DNA from: Bacilli bacterium
GTDB lineage: Bacteria; Bacillota_I; Bacilli_A; RFN20; CAG-826
Assembly: GCA_017940265.1 (NCBI GenBank)
Contig: JAGAYY010000031.1
Span: 9,151 to 73,150 of the forward strand
Length of the DNA stretch: 64,000 nucleotides
Reading direction: 5' to 3'
Shown here: piece by piece, positions 35,732-45,368 of the stretch
How positions within the stretch are numbered: the first letter of the stretch is position 1
How the letters are laid out: each line of letters starts with the position of its first letter
Notes under the pieces: generated by a model
Database searches by the model: none
The model's input: the letters and a program-made list of their open reading frames with translations, nothing else
What the model was told of the DNA's origin: nothing
Made by a program: the position numbers and the translations under genes

Positions 35732-38055
35732 TGTACAAAGCTTTCCTTCACAGCATCTTCCACGGAAGACATAAAGACGATTTGTAATGTGTCTTTAACT
35801 TCCTTAGGAAGTTCATCAACATCTTTCTTGTTGTCTTTAGGAACAACAATTTTCTTAATACCACTTCTGAGAGCGGCTAAAGATTTTTCTCTTAAACCAC
35901 CGATTGGTAAAGCTTGACCTCTTAAGGTGACTTCACCAGTCATTGCGACGTCTGGAGAAACTGGACGATGACTGAGACATGAGATAATCGCACATGTCAT
36001 AGCCACACCTGCGCTTGGACCATCTTTTGGCACAGCGCCTTCAGGAACGTGAATATGAATATCACTATTAACGAATAATTCAGGATCAACTTGGAAGGCT
36101 TCAGCGTTACTCTTGACATAGTCAAGGGCAATACTCGCACTTTCCTTCATCACGTCACCTAAATGGCCTGTTAAGATGAGAGCGCCTTTACCTTTGAAGT
36201 AATTAACTTCGATTGGTAAGATGTCACCACCATATTCAGTATAGGCTAAGCCAGTGACAACACCGACTTGTGGTTCTTTTTCTTTTTGCGTGTCTTCGAA
36301 TATTGGGACACCTAAATATTCTCTAACCTTATCAACGTTAATTGTGGTTAATCCACAATCAGGATTTTTAACAAAGTTAACCGCGACTTTTCTTAAGCAA
36401 GAGGCAATCTTTCTTTCAAGTTCACGGACACCCGCTTCACGTGTATATGAACGGATGATGAATCTTAAGGCATCGTCTTCAAAGACGACTTGTTCTGGTT
36501 TTAAACCGTTAAGAGCAATTTGTTTAGCCACTAAGTGTTCCTTAGCGATGTGCATCTTTTCAATCTCTGTATAAGAAGAGAGTTGAATGAGTTCTAAACG
36601 GTCTCTTAATGGACCAGGAATATTTTCTAAGTAGTTAGCGGTACAGATGAAGAGAACATCACTTAAATCATATGGTTCTTCAACGTAATTATCGTTGAAT
36701 TGATTGTTTTGTTCTGGATCAAGAACCTCTAATAAGGCACTGGCAGGGTCGCCTTTATAGCTAGAAGCGAGTTTATCGACTTCGTCGAGTAAAAATACTG
36801 GGTTAGTGACTCCCGCTTTTCTCATGCCTTGAATGATGCGACCTGGAAGAGCACCGACATAGGTTCTTCTATGACCTCTAATTTCCGCTTCATCGGAAAT
36901 ACCGCCTAAAGAGCACTTGAAGAATTTTCTTCCTAACGCTCTAGCGATGGATTTACCTAAAGAAGTTTTACCTGTACCCGGAGGCCCATAGAAACAGAGA
37001 ATTGGAGATTTTAAGTTACCAGTTAATTTCTTAATGGCTAAATATTCCACGATTCTCTTCTTTGGGTTTTCTAAACCATAATGGTCTTCATCTAAGATGG
37101 CTTCGACGTGTTTAAGGTCTTCATCATCTTCAGTCTTTTCCCACCATGGAATGTTCATAAGAACATCTAAGTAGCTTTGAATCAAAGCGCCTTCTAAGGA
37201 GCCTTGAGGCATCATATCAAACTTAGAAAGTTCACTCTTAACTTTCTTTTTAATGTTTTCTGGATAAGGATTCTTCTCTAACTTTTCTAAGATAGATTCA
37301 GGAGAATTAGCACTATCAGTGGTTTCACCTAATTCTTTCTTAATGGCTTTGAGTTTTTCTCTTAAGAAATATTCTTTTTGGCTCTTTTCAGTTGATTCTC
37401 TCACTGAGTTAGCGATGTTTTCATCGATTTGAGCCTTTGTTTGTTCGCCAGAGATGAGAAGTAAGATCTTCTCCATTAATTCATTAACGTTGTTACATTC
37501 TAAGATTGCTTGTTTCTCTTCTGTAGAACATTGGAGATTGCTCGCTAAAATGTAGCATAAAGAAGCCGCATCTTTAACTTTGTTAACTTGGTTAAGGGTA
37601 CTCTTATTTAATAATGATAAAACGTTTGGTAAATTGTTTAATTTATCAACGATTGCACGAATGATGGAGTCATTAGTGATTTCATCCATCATTGGAGCAT
37701 TGTCGATTGTACCATTAGCGACATAATAGCCATTTACTTGGTCATAGGAGATATCGTTTAAAACGATTCTTTCCACGACATCAACACGCACTCTCACTAA
37801 ATCGCCTTTTTCCACAATGGAAACGATACGGCATAAAGTACCAACATGATAAATTGAATCGAAATCAATAGTGTCATCATTTGGGTTCTTTTGACAAGCA
37901 ACAAACAATAAAGAGTCCGCTTGTAAATGCGCCGCATGAATCGCGTTAATAGAGAAACTTCTTCCTGCTTCTATTGGTTGAATAGTACTAGGAAAAAGCA
38001 CGAAACTACGTGTTGGAAGTAATGGTAATGTCAATGTTTGGGGTCTATCGCTCAT
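35728..38055 (-). CDS. lon: ATP-dependent Lon protease
   Basis: LON N-domain, AAA+ Walker A GPPGTGKTS, and protease Ser in DGPSAGVAM. Confidence 0.95.
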   Translation of the reverse strand: MSDRPQTLTLPLLPTRSFVLFPSTIQPIEAGRSFSINAIHAAHLQADSLLFVACQKNPNDDTIDFDSIYHVGTLCRIVSIVEKGDLVRVRVDVVERIVLNDISYDQVNGYYVANGTIDNAPMMDEITNDSIIRAIVDKLNNLPNVLSLLNKSTLNQVNKVKDAASLCYILASNLQCSTEEKQAILECNNVNELMEKILLLISGEQTKAQIDENIANSVRESTEKSQKEYFLREKLKAIKKELGETTDSANSPESILEKLEKNPYPENIKKKVKSELSKFDMMPQGSLEGALIQSYLDVLMNIPWWEKTEDDEDLKHVEAILDEDHYGLENPKKRIVEYLAIKKLTGNLKSPILCFYGPPGTGKTSLGKSIARALGRKFFKCSLGGISDEAEIRGHRRTYVGALPGRIIQGMRKAGVTNPVFLLDEVDKLASSYKGDPASALLEVLDPEQNNQFNDNYVEEPYDLSDVLFICTANYLENIPGPLRDRLELIQLSSYTEIEKMHIAKEHLVAKQIALNGLKPEQVVFEDDALRFIIRSYTREAGVRELERKIASCLRKVAVNFVKNPDCGLTTINVDKVREYLGVPIFEDTQKEKEPQVGVVTGLAYTEYGGDILPIEVNYFKGKGALILTGHLGDVMKESASIALDYVKSNAEAFQVDPELFVNSDIHIHVPEGAVPKDGPSAGVAMTCAIISCLSHRPVSPDVAMTGEVTLRGQALPIGGLREKSLAALRSGIKKIVVPKDNKKDVDELPKEVKDTLQIVFMSSVEDAVKESFVQ

Positions 38056-38078
38056 ATAAATGACCTCCTTAATTTAAA

Positions 38079-39356
38079 TTACTTGTTGTTTTCGAATAAG
38101 AAGTTTTCAATCTTTTGCATGATAAGATTGTGACGTAATTGACCTAATTGTTGGCCTAAAGCATTCTTGATTTGGTCGATAGTCATATTGTATTGTTCCG
38201 CCATTTTGGAAAGTTCGAATTCTAATTCTTCTTCGGTGATGTTGAGTTTTTCTTTTTCACCAACGGAATCCATAACGAAGAATGATTCTAAACCTTTTCT
38301 AGCTTCTTCAGCTAATTGCTTTTCTAAGTCTTCTTCTTTTGTCTTAGTTAAGACATAGTATTGTTCTAAATCGATACCGGATTGTTGTAATCTTTGTTCG
38401 AGTTGTTTCTTACGGTTTTCTGTTTCTTCTTTAACGATTTCTTCTGGGATATCGAATGTAGAAACTTTCTTGATTTCATCAACTAATTTGTTGAGATATT
38501 CTTGTTTGGCGTTTTTTTCTTTTTGTTTTAATAAAGCTTCTTTTCTATTAGCTTTAAGTTGTTCTAAATCAGCGACGCCTGGGATGTTTAAGTCTTTGAT
38601 GAATTCTTCATCTAACTCTGGTAAGACTTTTTGTTTCACTTCGTGAATCTTGCAGTGGAAGACGGCATCTTTACCAGAGATTTCATCTGGACCATAGTTT
38701 TCTGGGAATTTGACTTTAACGTCAACTTCAATACCCGCGGTAGCACCGATTAATTGATCTTCAAAGCCTGGGATGAATTGACCACTACCTAATTCTAATT
38801 CGTGGTTTTCAGCGGCACCGCCTTCAAATGGGACACCATCGACTGAACCTTCAAAGTCCATGACAACGGTATCACCTTTTTCAGCTTGACCTTCTTTTGG
38901 TGCGATTGTGGCATATTGTCTTCTTAAACCTTCAATAGCGGAATCAACTTCTTCATCAGTGACTTCCACTGTGGCTTTGCCTAATTCATAGCCAGTATAT
39001 TTACCAAGGTTAATTTCTGGACGTGTGGCGATGGTCACTTTGATTTCTAAGTCTTCTTCGCTTAATTTAGTGACATCGAAGGCTGGTCTAGCAACTGGTT
39101 GGATATCTTCGTTTTTTAAGATATCTTCATAAACTGGTTGTAAGACGTTATTGATAGCTTCGTTAAAGACTTCCATTTGGTTAACACGGCCCTTGAGCAT
39201 ATTGGCTGGGGCTTTACCTTTACGGAAACCTGGAACGGTAATGTTACTAGCAACTTTGTTAAAAGCTTTTTGTTGAGCTTTTTTCCATAAATCTTTGTCC
39301 ACATTGACTAACACTTCTGTATGGCAGTGTTCTAATTTGGTTACTTTTCTTTCCAT
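38079..39356 (-). CDS. tig: Trigger factor
   Basis: Ribosome-binding signature PGFRKGKAP, a central FKBP PPIase domain (GFEDQLIG) and a helical C-terminus. Confidence 0.95.
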   Translation of the reverse strand: MERKVTKLEHCHTEVLVNVDKDLWKKAQQKAFNKVASNITVPGFRKGKAPANMLKGRVNQMEVFNEAINNVLQPVYEDILKNEDIQPVARPAFDVTKLSEEDLEIKVTIATRPEINLGKYTGYELGKATVEVTDEEVDSAIEGLRRQYATIAPKEGQAEKGDTVVMDFEGSVDGVPFEGGAAENHELELGSGQFIPGFEDQLIGATAGIEVDVKVKFPENYGPDEISGKDAVFHCKIHEVKQKVLPELDEEFIKDLNIPGVADLEQLKANRKEALLKQKEKNAKQEYLNKLVDEIKKVSTFDIPEEIVKEETENRKKQLEQRLQQSGIDLEQYYVLTKTKEEDLEKQLAEEARKGLESFFVMDSVGEKEKLNITEEELEFELSKMAEQYNMTIDQIKNALGQQLGQLRHNLIMQKIENFLFENNK

Positions 39357-39407
39357 GATTAATATTTATCCTTTCAAATGTGTGCGTGTATAAATATATC
39401 ACGTGTG

Positions 39408-39438
39408 TAAAATAAAACACAAGCAGAAAGCGCTTGTA
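39408..39438 (-). terminator. Terminator after the 304-aa gene
   Basis: ACAAGC-gctttct-GCTTGT hairpin followed by GTTTTATTTT on the minus strand. Confidence 0.55.
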
Positions 39439-39464
39439 TTTTCTTTATTAAAGAATAGTTAATC

Positions 39465-40379
39465 TTAAAAATCTTCTAAGTGGGCTTTAATTTTATTAAC
39501 TTCTTCACGAATTTCTTCTTCGCTAAGGTTATATTTCTCGCACATTTTAGATAAGCTAGTATCTTTACTTTGGAGTAATTCTTTAGCGATGTAACCAAAG
39601 ATTACGAGTAATTCTTCTTTAGAATAATTAATTTGATTTGGATAGATATAAACCATATAGGAAGATAAAACGTTAACAGCGTTTTGGCTTAAGGAAGGAT
39701 CATGATATTCGTTTTGGAATAATGATGTGATCTCTTCAATATTACCTAAACCTTTAATGACAAATGGTTCATCAAGTTCTTTAGGAACAACGGTAATGAT
39801 TCTATCATTTTGTAGGAATTCGACATTCTTATCATATTTATACGCTACAAGTAAAAGAAGAGCGTAGGTTCTCACTAATTGCTTAGGATAAGTCTTCATG
39901 ATATTGAGGATTGGAAGAAGGAAGTTTTCAACTTGTTGACCTCTGACCGCATCAAGAGCGCTTAAAACATCAACATCGTTTTTAGATAAGAGTTTCTTTC
40001 GAATCTCATCTTGACCTACTTCTTGACGTTTATAGACTTTGATTTCTTCTTCTCTAATGTATTTTGGAAGACGGTTTAAAAGCTCTTCTGTTTCTTGATT
40101 TTCATAAGGTAATTCTTGATAGTAACGAAGTTCACTATATGCTTCATCAAATTTACCTAATAAGCATAATAATTCAATATGAATTTTCATTAAAACGCCT
40201 GGCTTATTGAGTAAGATTTGTCTTTTAGCATTGATTAACTTTAAAGCATCATCACTATGACCGGTGGCAAGTAAAGCACTGAGACGATAAAAGATGGCTA
40301 AAGAGTCTTGACTATTCTCCGTTAATTTCAAGACTAAGTCATATTGTTTTTTATCCATTAAACTTTTTAATGAGTCCAT
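39465..40379 (-). CDS. Helical-repeat (TPR-like) protein of unknown function
   Basis: 304 aa, all-helical by composition, lying 6 nt downstream of rarA. No catalytic motif is recognisable. Confidence 0.6.
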   Translation of the reverse strand: MDSLKSLMDKKQYDLVLKLTENSQDSLAIFYRLSALLATGHSDDALKLINAKRQILLNKPGVLMKIHIELLCLLGKFDEAYSELRYYQELPYENQETEELLNRLPKYIREEEIKVYKRQEVGQDEIRKKLLSKNDVDVLSALDAVRGQQVENFLLPILNIMKTYPKQLVRTYALLLLVAYKYDKNVEFLQNDRIITVVPKELDEPFVIKGLGNIEEITSLFQNEYHDPSLSQNAVNVLSSYMVYIYPNQINYSKEELLVIFGYIAKELLQSKDTSLSKMCEKYNLSEEEIREEVNKIKAHLEDF

Positions 40380-40385
40380 AATTTA

Positions 40386-41642
40386 TTACTTCTTTTTCTT
40401 GATTTTATCCCAATATTCTTTGAATGTTTGCTCATTCTTATTCTCTTGTGGGATATAGTATTTTCTCTTCTTTAAATCATCTGGAAGGTATTGTTGTTCC
40501 ACATAGTGATTTTCAAAGTCATGAGGATAGAGATAATGCTGTCCTTTGACCTTTGCGTCTTTACCATCGAAGTGGGTATTTTGTAAGTTTCTAGGAACTG
40601 TTGCCCCCTTACCTTGATCAATATCCATCATCGCGGTATCCACGGCGAGATAAGCAGAGTTACTCTTCGGGGCTGTAGCGATTAAAATTGTGGCGTTCGC
40701 TAAAGGTAATCTTGCCTCAGGCATACCAAGTTGAAGCGCACTATCGACACAGGCTTTAACAATAGGTATTAATTGAGGATAGGCTAAACCTACATCTTCA
40801 CTTACTGAGCATAATAATCTACGGCTTGCAGCGATGATATCTCCACCCTTTAATAGCTTAGCTAAATAGAAGATCGCAGCATCTGGGTCACTACCTCTAA
40901 GAGATTTCATAAAAGCACTTAAAGTATCGAAGTGTTTATCTTCACTTCTATCGTAAGCAATATTGGCTTTATTAACTAATTCACCAACAGCGTCTAGGTC
41001 AATAACGTTTTTACCCTTAATCGCTCCATAGACAAAGTCTAAGTTATTAAGTGCTTTACGCATATCCCCGTTACTAGCAAGGGCTAAGGTTTCTAAAGCA
41101 TCTTCTTCAATCTTAAGACCAAGTTTATCGCACGCTCTTAAAAGGCCCTCTTTGATGTCATCAACTTTTAAAGCTTTGAATTCAAAGACAGTGCAACGTG
41201 ATAAAAGTGCGGGATAGATATAGAAATATGGGTTTTCAGTTGTGGAGGCAATTAAGGTGATATCACCAGATTCTACGAACTCTAATAGAGATTGTTGTTG
41301 TTTTTTATTCAAGTATTGGATTTCATCCAAGTAGAGTAAAACACCATTACCGTTTAAGAAGCTATCCGCTTCCTTGATGACAGTCTTGATATCATCAATT
41401 GAGGCATTCGTGCCATTAAGTTTATATAAAGATAACTTTGAGTTTTTAGCGATGATATTAGCGAGTGTGGTTTTACCAACACCTGGAGGGCCATAAAAAA
41501 CCATATTGGTTAAATGATTAGCCTCAATACTTTTTCTAAAAACAGAGCCTTCGTCTAAAAGATGGTGTTGACCCACCATTTCCGATATTGATTCAGGACG
41601 TAAAAGATCCGCTAAAGGCTTTTGCATACCTAAATCATACAA
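40386..41642 (-). CDS. rarA: Replication-associated recombination protein A (MgsA/RarA AAA+ ATPase)
   Basis: Walker A GPPGVGKTTLA, Walker B LLYLDEIQ, and the MgsA C-terminal domain (DAAIFYLAKLL..GD). The track start is TTG. ATG 41627 (MQKPLADLLRP) is the likelier start. Confidence 0.9.
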   Translation of the reverse strand: MYDLGMQKPLADLLRPESISEMVGQHHLLDEGSVFRKSIEANHLTNMVFYGPPGVGKTTLANIIAKNSKLSLYKLNGTNASIDDIKTVIKEADSFLNGNGVLLYLDEIQYLNKKQQQSLLEFVESGDITLIASTTENPYFYIYPALLSRCTVFEFKALKVDDIKEGLLRACDKLGLKIEEDALETLALASNGDMRKALNNLDFVYGAIKGKNVIDLDAVGELVNKANIAYDRSEDKHFDTLSAFMKSLRGSDPDAAIFYLAKLLKGGDIIAASRRLLCSVSEDVGLAYPQLIPIVKACVDSALQLGMPEARLPLANATILIATAPKSNSAYLAVDTAMMDIDQGKGATVPRNLQNTHFDGKDAKVKGQHYLYPHDFENHYVEQQYLPDDLKKRKYYIPQENKNEQTFKEYWDKIKKKK

Positions 41643-41675
41643 GCAAATCTATAAAAATGGAATAAGAGATAACGA

Positions 41676-42275
41676 TTATCGTTGAATAGCTTCTCTTATT
41701 AAGAGAATCTCATTAGTGATTGTAGATAAAACCACAGTTGAACCTAATTCAATTAAGAAGTTCCAGCCAACAACACCAATAAGAATAAAGCCCCAGGCGC
41801 CTAAGACATCTCTACCATCAAAAATCCAATCTCTAAAGAAGATGAAACTACCGAGAATGAATAAGCCAGTGTTGATGATAGGCACGAGCGCTGCCGCTAT
41901 AGGTGTACCTATGTGAGCAGGAATCAAAGAGAATTTTCCCTTCGCGAGCTTTTTAAAGCCGTGATACACGAGCGAACTCGCAACGCCTGCTATCGTGCAC
42001 TTTAGTAAGCACACAATTACAGTGCCCACAGGTGACATTGGCATGAAAAAGCCAATTGTGGATGGTGATAATAAGGCCATAATGCCATTAAAAAAGCCCA
42101 ATATCGCTGCAGATATGGGTCCACCAACAAAGCCAGCAATGACGACAGGCACTAACGAAATGTTAATGTTTGCTGGTCCGATTTGTAAATAGTTACCGAT
42201 TAATTGGAACACAATTTCCAAAGCTAACAATAGTCCGGTAATAACGATTGTTTTAGTGTTGAAATGTTGTTTCAT
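41676..42275 (-). CDS. Polytopic membrane protein, ECF-transporter S-component-like
   Basis: About 199 aa from MKQHFNTK, with 5-6 TM helices and an S-component-like size and profile. The substrate is unknown. Confidence 0.45.
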   Translation of the reverse strand: MKQHFNTKTIVITGLLLALEIVFQLIGNYLQIGPANINISLVPVVIAGFVGGPISAAILGFFNGIMALLSPSTIGFFMPMSPVGTVIVCLLKCTIAGVASSLVYHGFKKLAKGKFSLIPAHIGTPIAAALVPIINTGLFILGSFIFFRDWIFDGRDVLGAWGFILIGVVGWNFLIELGSTVVLSTITNEILLIREAIQR

Positions 42276-42418
42276 AATTCCCCCTATAGGCCATGTAGGT
42301 CCCATGAGTACGAATTGATTATACTGGACAAAGCCGTTCTATTAAAGCAAAATATCTACACAATACAAAAAATTTGTATTATTATAAGTTTGTAGAGAAT
42401 ATCAGGATATTATAATCG

Positions 42419-43510
42419 ATGAATATTAAAAAGTTTGTAAGTAAAGCAACTGACGGTCTTTTAGATGACGTCTTCAGGCAATCATTTTTAGTGTCTGTTC
42501 TTTCTTCTTTGTGCACAATCATTGTTGGTATCGCGGCGGTTCCACACTTTATTGATGATGATTGGCCAAAGGTCATGGCTTTCATCTTACTTGGTGTGGC
42601 TATTTTATCTATGGCTATTCTTTTATTAACAATATTCGATAGAAAGCATCATTACATTTGGCGCCGTGTCTTTATGGCGGTCACAATTTTATTCTTTGGT
42701 TATCTTTGCTATGACGGTGGTCCACAAGGTTTCTTACATATTTGGATCTTATTACTTCCTGCTTTCTCTTTCATTACCTTTGGTATTTATGAAGGTTTCA
42801 TCACCGCTTTACCAGTCTTCTTAGTCATGGAGTTATTCTTCTTTGGTCCATTGCATGACTTCCTTAAATACACCGATTTAAGCGTTGACTTCAGACTTCG
42901 TATGACTCTTGTCTATTTAGTTTGTTTATTACTTGGTTTCTTCGCCGAACTTCTTAGAAGAGTGGCGGCTAAGCGTTTAAGTAGTTATACAGAGAACTTC
43001 AAATATGCTTCTATGCATGACTCCTTAACAGGTTTAGCTAACCAAAACTTACTCGCTAAATATTTAGATGATGTCTATACAAATAGAAAAGAGAATTCTT
43101 CTCTTGGTTGCTTATTCGTTGACGTTGATAGCTTTAAAAACGTTAACGATAAATATGGTCACTTATTCGGTAATGTGGTCTTAATTAGAATTGGTGAAAT
43201 CCTCTCCCAAGAAAAAGAAGCATTTGTCTGCCGTTGGGGTGGAGATGAATATGTTGTCTGCTTCGCCGATATTAGTGAAGATGTCTTAATGCGCATTGGT
43301 GAAAAATATCGCGCAGAGATTGCTGCGTGTAGATTTAAAGATTATCCAAAGTTCCACATCACTGTTTCCGTTGGTGCGGTTGTTATTAAAGTCGATGAAT
43401 CATTCAACTTAGACCACGTTCTCGATTTAGCGGATTTCGCGAATAGAACAGCGAAAAATAACGGTAAAGATAACGTTACCTTATCTAAAGCCGATCAAGC
43501 GGACGCTTAA
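42419..43510 (+). CDS. Membrane-anchored GGDEF-domain protein (variant active site)
   Basis: An N-terminal domain of about 170 aa with 5-6 TM helices is followed by a GGDEF domain: DSLTGLANQ, VDVDSFKNVNDKYGHLFGNVVL, RWGGDEYVVCF. Confidence 0.85.
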   Translation: MNIKKFVSKATDGLLDDVFRQSFLVSVLSSLCTIIVGIAAVPHFIDDDWPKVMAFILLGVAILSMAILLLTIFDRKHHYIWRRVFMAVTILFFGYLCYDGGPQGFLHIWILLLPAFSFITFGIYEGFITALPVFLVMELFFFGPLHDFLKYTDLSVDFRLRMTLVYLVCLLLGFFAELLRRVAAKRLSSYTENFKYASMHDSLTGLANQNLLAKYLDDVYTNRKENSSLGCLFVDVDSFKNVNDKYGHLFGNVVLIRIGEILSQEKEAFVCRWGGDEYVVCFADISEDVLMRIGEKYRAEIAACRFKDYPKFHITVSVGAVVIKVDESFNLDHVLDLADFANRTAKNNGKDNVTLSKADQADA

Positions 43511-44005
43511 TTACTTAAGTAAACTTGTTAAATAATCGTTAACTTCTTGTCTTGAATTTAAGATATGAACGTTAACGTTTTTATATTGTTTTAATAAAGT
43601 TTCTTCTTCTTTTCTGGTGCGCTTTTCATAATCGATTGTCCATTCGATTAATTCCACAGCGTCCTTTTTAGTTTCAACCCAAGGAATGTCATCTCTAACT
43701 TCCCCGATTCTTTCTAATATGCCTTCAATGCATTCTTCACGTGGCATCTTTAGAAAGAAGACATCTGTCGCGTATTCTAAACGTTGTTTTAATATATCGT
43801 GGTAATTTCCATCAATAATCCAGTTTTCACCTTTTAAATAAGGTAAAAGCTTAGCTTCTAACTCTTTATAGGAGATAGACTCTTTATCTTTATTCCAATA
43901 GAGATTATCCATATGGATGACAGGTAAGCCGTTAATCTCACTTAGTTTTTTTGCAAAATATGTTTTACCTGCGCCTGGACAACCTATGACCAATATTCTT
44001 TTCAT
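43511..44005 (-). CDS. P-loop NTPase, adenylate-kinase-like ('topology modulation' family)
   Basis: Walker A GCPGAGKTYFA at the N-terminus and 164 aa in length, as in FlaR-like kinases. Confidence 0.7.
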   Translation of the reverse strand: MKRILVIGCPGAGKTYFAKKLSEINGLPVIHMDNLYWNKDKESISYKELEAKLLPYLKGENWIIDGNYHDILKQRLEYATDVFFLKMPREECIEGILERIGEVRDDIPWVETKKDAVELIEWTIDYEKRTRKEEETLLKQYKNVNVHILNSRQEVNDYLTSLLK

Positions 44006-44074
44006 GTCTATAATCTTAATGTTATTGATTTAAAAATTAAAGACAAGATAGTAAAAACTGGTTATATTACTTGT

Positions 44075-44512
44075 ATGGAATTATTAACAGAACAACTTAT
44101 TAGCCTGATTGATAAAGACTTACCACTTATCACTAACTTAAGTAACGCAAGCGCTTTACTTAATAACTTAAAAGATATTAACTGGTGTGGTTTTTATATT
44201 AAAAACGGTGATAACTTATACCTTGGACCTTTCCAAGGTGATGTCGCTTGTACAGTCATTCCTTTAAATAAAGGAGTGTGTGGCAAAGCCGCGAGAGAAG
44301 CTAAAACAATTATCGTTCCTAATGTTAATGAATTCCCTGGTCATATTGCCTGCTCTAGTTTATCTAAAAGTGAAATTGTGACCCCGATTATATTTAATAA
44401 CGAAGTCAAAGCGGTCATTGATATTGACGCGCCTATTTATAATCGCTTCAATGAAAACGATCAAAAGTTACTTGAAGAACTCGCTAGTGTCCTAGCCCCA
44501 CTTTTTAAATAA
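44075..44512 (+). CDS. GAF-domain protein, free methionine-(R)-sulfoxide reductase-like
   Basis: NWCGFY...LYLGPFQGDVACTVIPLNKGVCGKAA...FPGHIACSSLSKSEIV matches the fRMsr/YebR pattern. Confidence 0.8.
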   Translation: MELLTEQLISLIDKDLPLITNLSNASALLNNLKDINWCGFYIKNGDNLYLGPFQGDVACTVIPLNKGVCGKAAREAKTIIVPNVNEFPGHIACSSLSKSEIVTPIIFNNEVKAVIDIDAPIYNRFNENDQKLLEELASVLAPLFK

Positions 44513-44567
44513 TTCTACTAAAGTAGAAAGTATAAACTCTACTAACCAATCTACCCTTTAAGAGAAC

Positions 44568-44597
44568 ACTCTACCTTATAAGTAGAGTTTTTATTTT
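44568..44597 (+). terminator. Terminator of the GAF gene
   Basis: ACTCTAC-cttataa-GTAGAGT hairpin followed by TTTTTATTTT. Confidence 0.7.
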
Positions 44598-44659
44598 ATC
44601 AGTTCACTGACCTTTATTAATTTATCTATTAAGATAACGATGAAAGGAAGGCAAAGATT

Positions 44660-45337
44660 ATGTCATACAAAGAAAATATTGAAGAAATTAAGATTCCAGA
44701 ATACACAAAAGGACAAGAAAGGTTTAACACTATTTCACACGTTATTGGTATTCCTTTAGCCTTTGTTATTTTATTTATTGGTTTATATCGCTTACTTATA
44801 AGAGCAATCGATATTACAGCTTTCCTTGGTTTATTAGTGTTTGTCATCACGATTATTGATGTTTATTTTGTTTCTAGTTTATATCATGGTACAGACGCTA
44901 CTACGTTTAATAAAAAGTTATTTAGAGTCTTAGATCACTGCACTATCTATTTATTAATTGCGGGTACATATACCCCAATATGTGTTGTTTTAATGAACGA
45001 ACATGTTGTGGGCTTAGTGATGTTACTTGTGGAATGGGGATGTGCAGTTATTGGTATTATCCTTAATGCCTTCTTCTTTAAAAGTAAGGCTATTCAAGTT
45101 ATATCTTTGATACTTTATCTAGCGATGGGCTGGCTTGTTTTATTCTGTGGAGGGTTCCTCTATATGAGTGCGATTAGCTTTGGCTTTGTTTTAGCGGGTG
45201 GAATTGTCTATTCAATAGGTGCGATACTTTACGCTGTTGGTAAAAAGAAGAACTTATATTTACATAGTGTCTTCCATGTCTTTGTCTTAGTCTCCACAGT
45301 TATCCAAGCCATTGGCGTTTTAACGATGTATTTCTAA
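44660..45337 (+). CDS. Hemolysin III / PAQR-family membrane protein
   Basis: Seven TM helices with conserved His/Asp positions (NTISHVIG, LDHCTIYLLIAGTYTP, HSVFHVFV). Confidence 0.85.
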   Translation: MSYKENIEEIKIPEYTKGQERFNTISHVIGIPLAFVILFIGLYRLLIRAIDITAFLGLLVFVITIIDVYFVSSLYHGTDATTFNKKLFRVLDHCTIYLLIAGTYTPICVVLMNEHVVGLVMLLVEWGCAVIGIILNAFFFKSKAIQVISLILYLAMGWLVLFCGGFLYMSAISFGFVLAGGIVYSIGAILYAVGKKKNLYLHSVFHVFVLVSTVIQAIGVLTMYF

Positions 45338-45341
45338 TTAA

Positions 45342-45368
45342 GAAAAAAGAGGCAAAGCCTCTATTTTC
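45342..45368. terminator. Bidirectional hairpin between convergent genes
   Basis: AGAGGC-aaa-GCCTCT flanked by an A-run and a T-run. Confidence 0.6.

Noticed and set aside
42276-42330. A possible riboswitch in the leader of the ECF S-component-like gene.
   Set aside because: Only about 45 nt separate the TATAAT from the ATG. I could fold nothing beyond a 4-bp CATG stem, and there is no match to the preQ1, THF or other vitamin riboswitch cores that I know.
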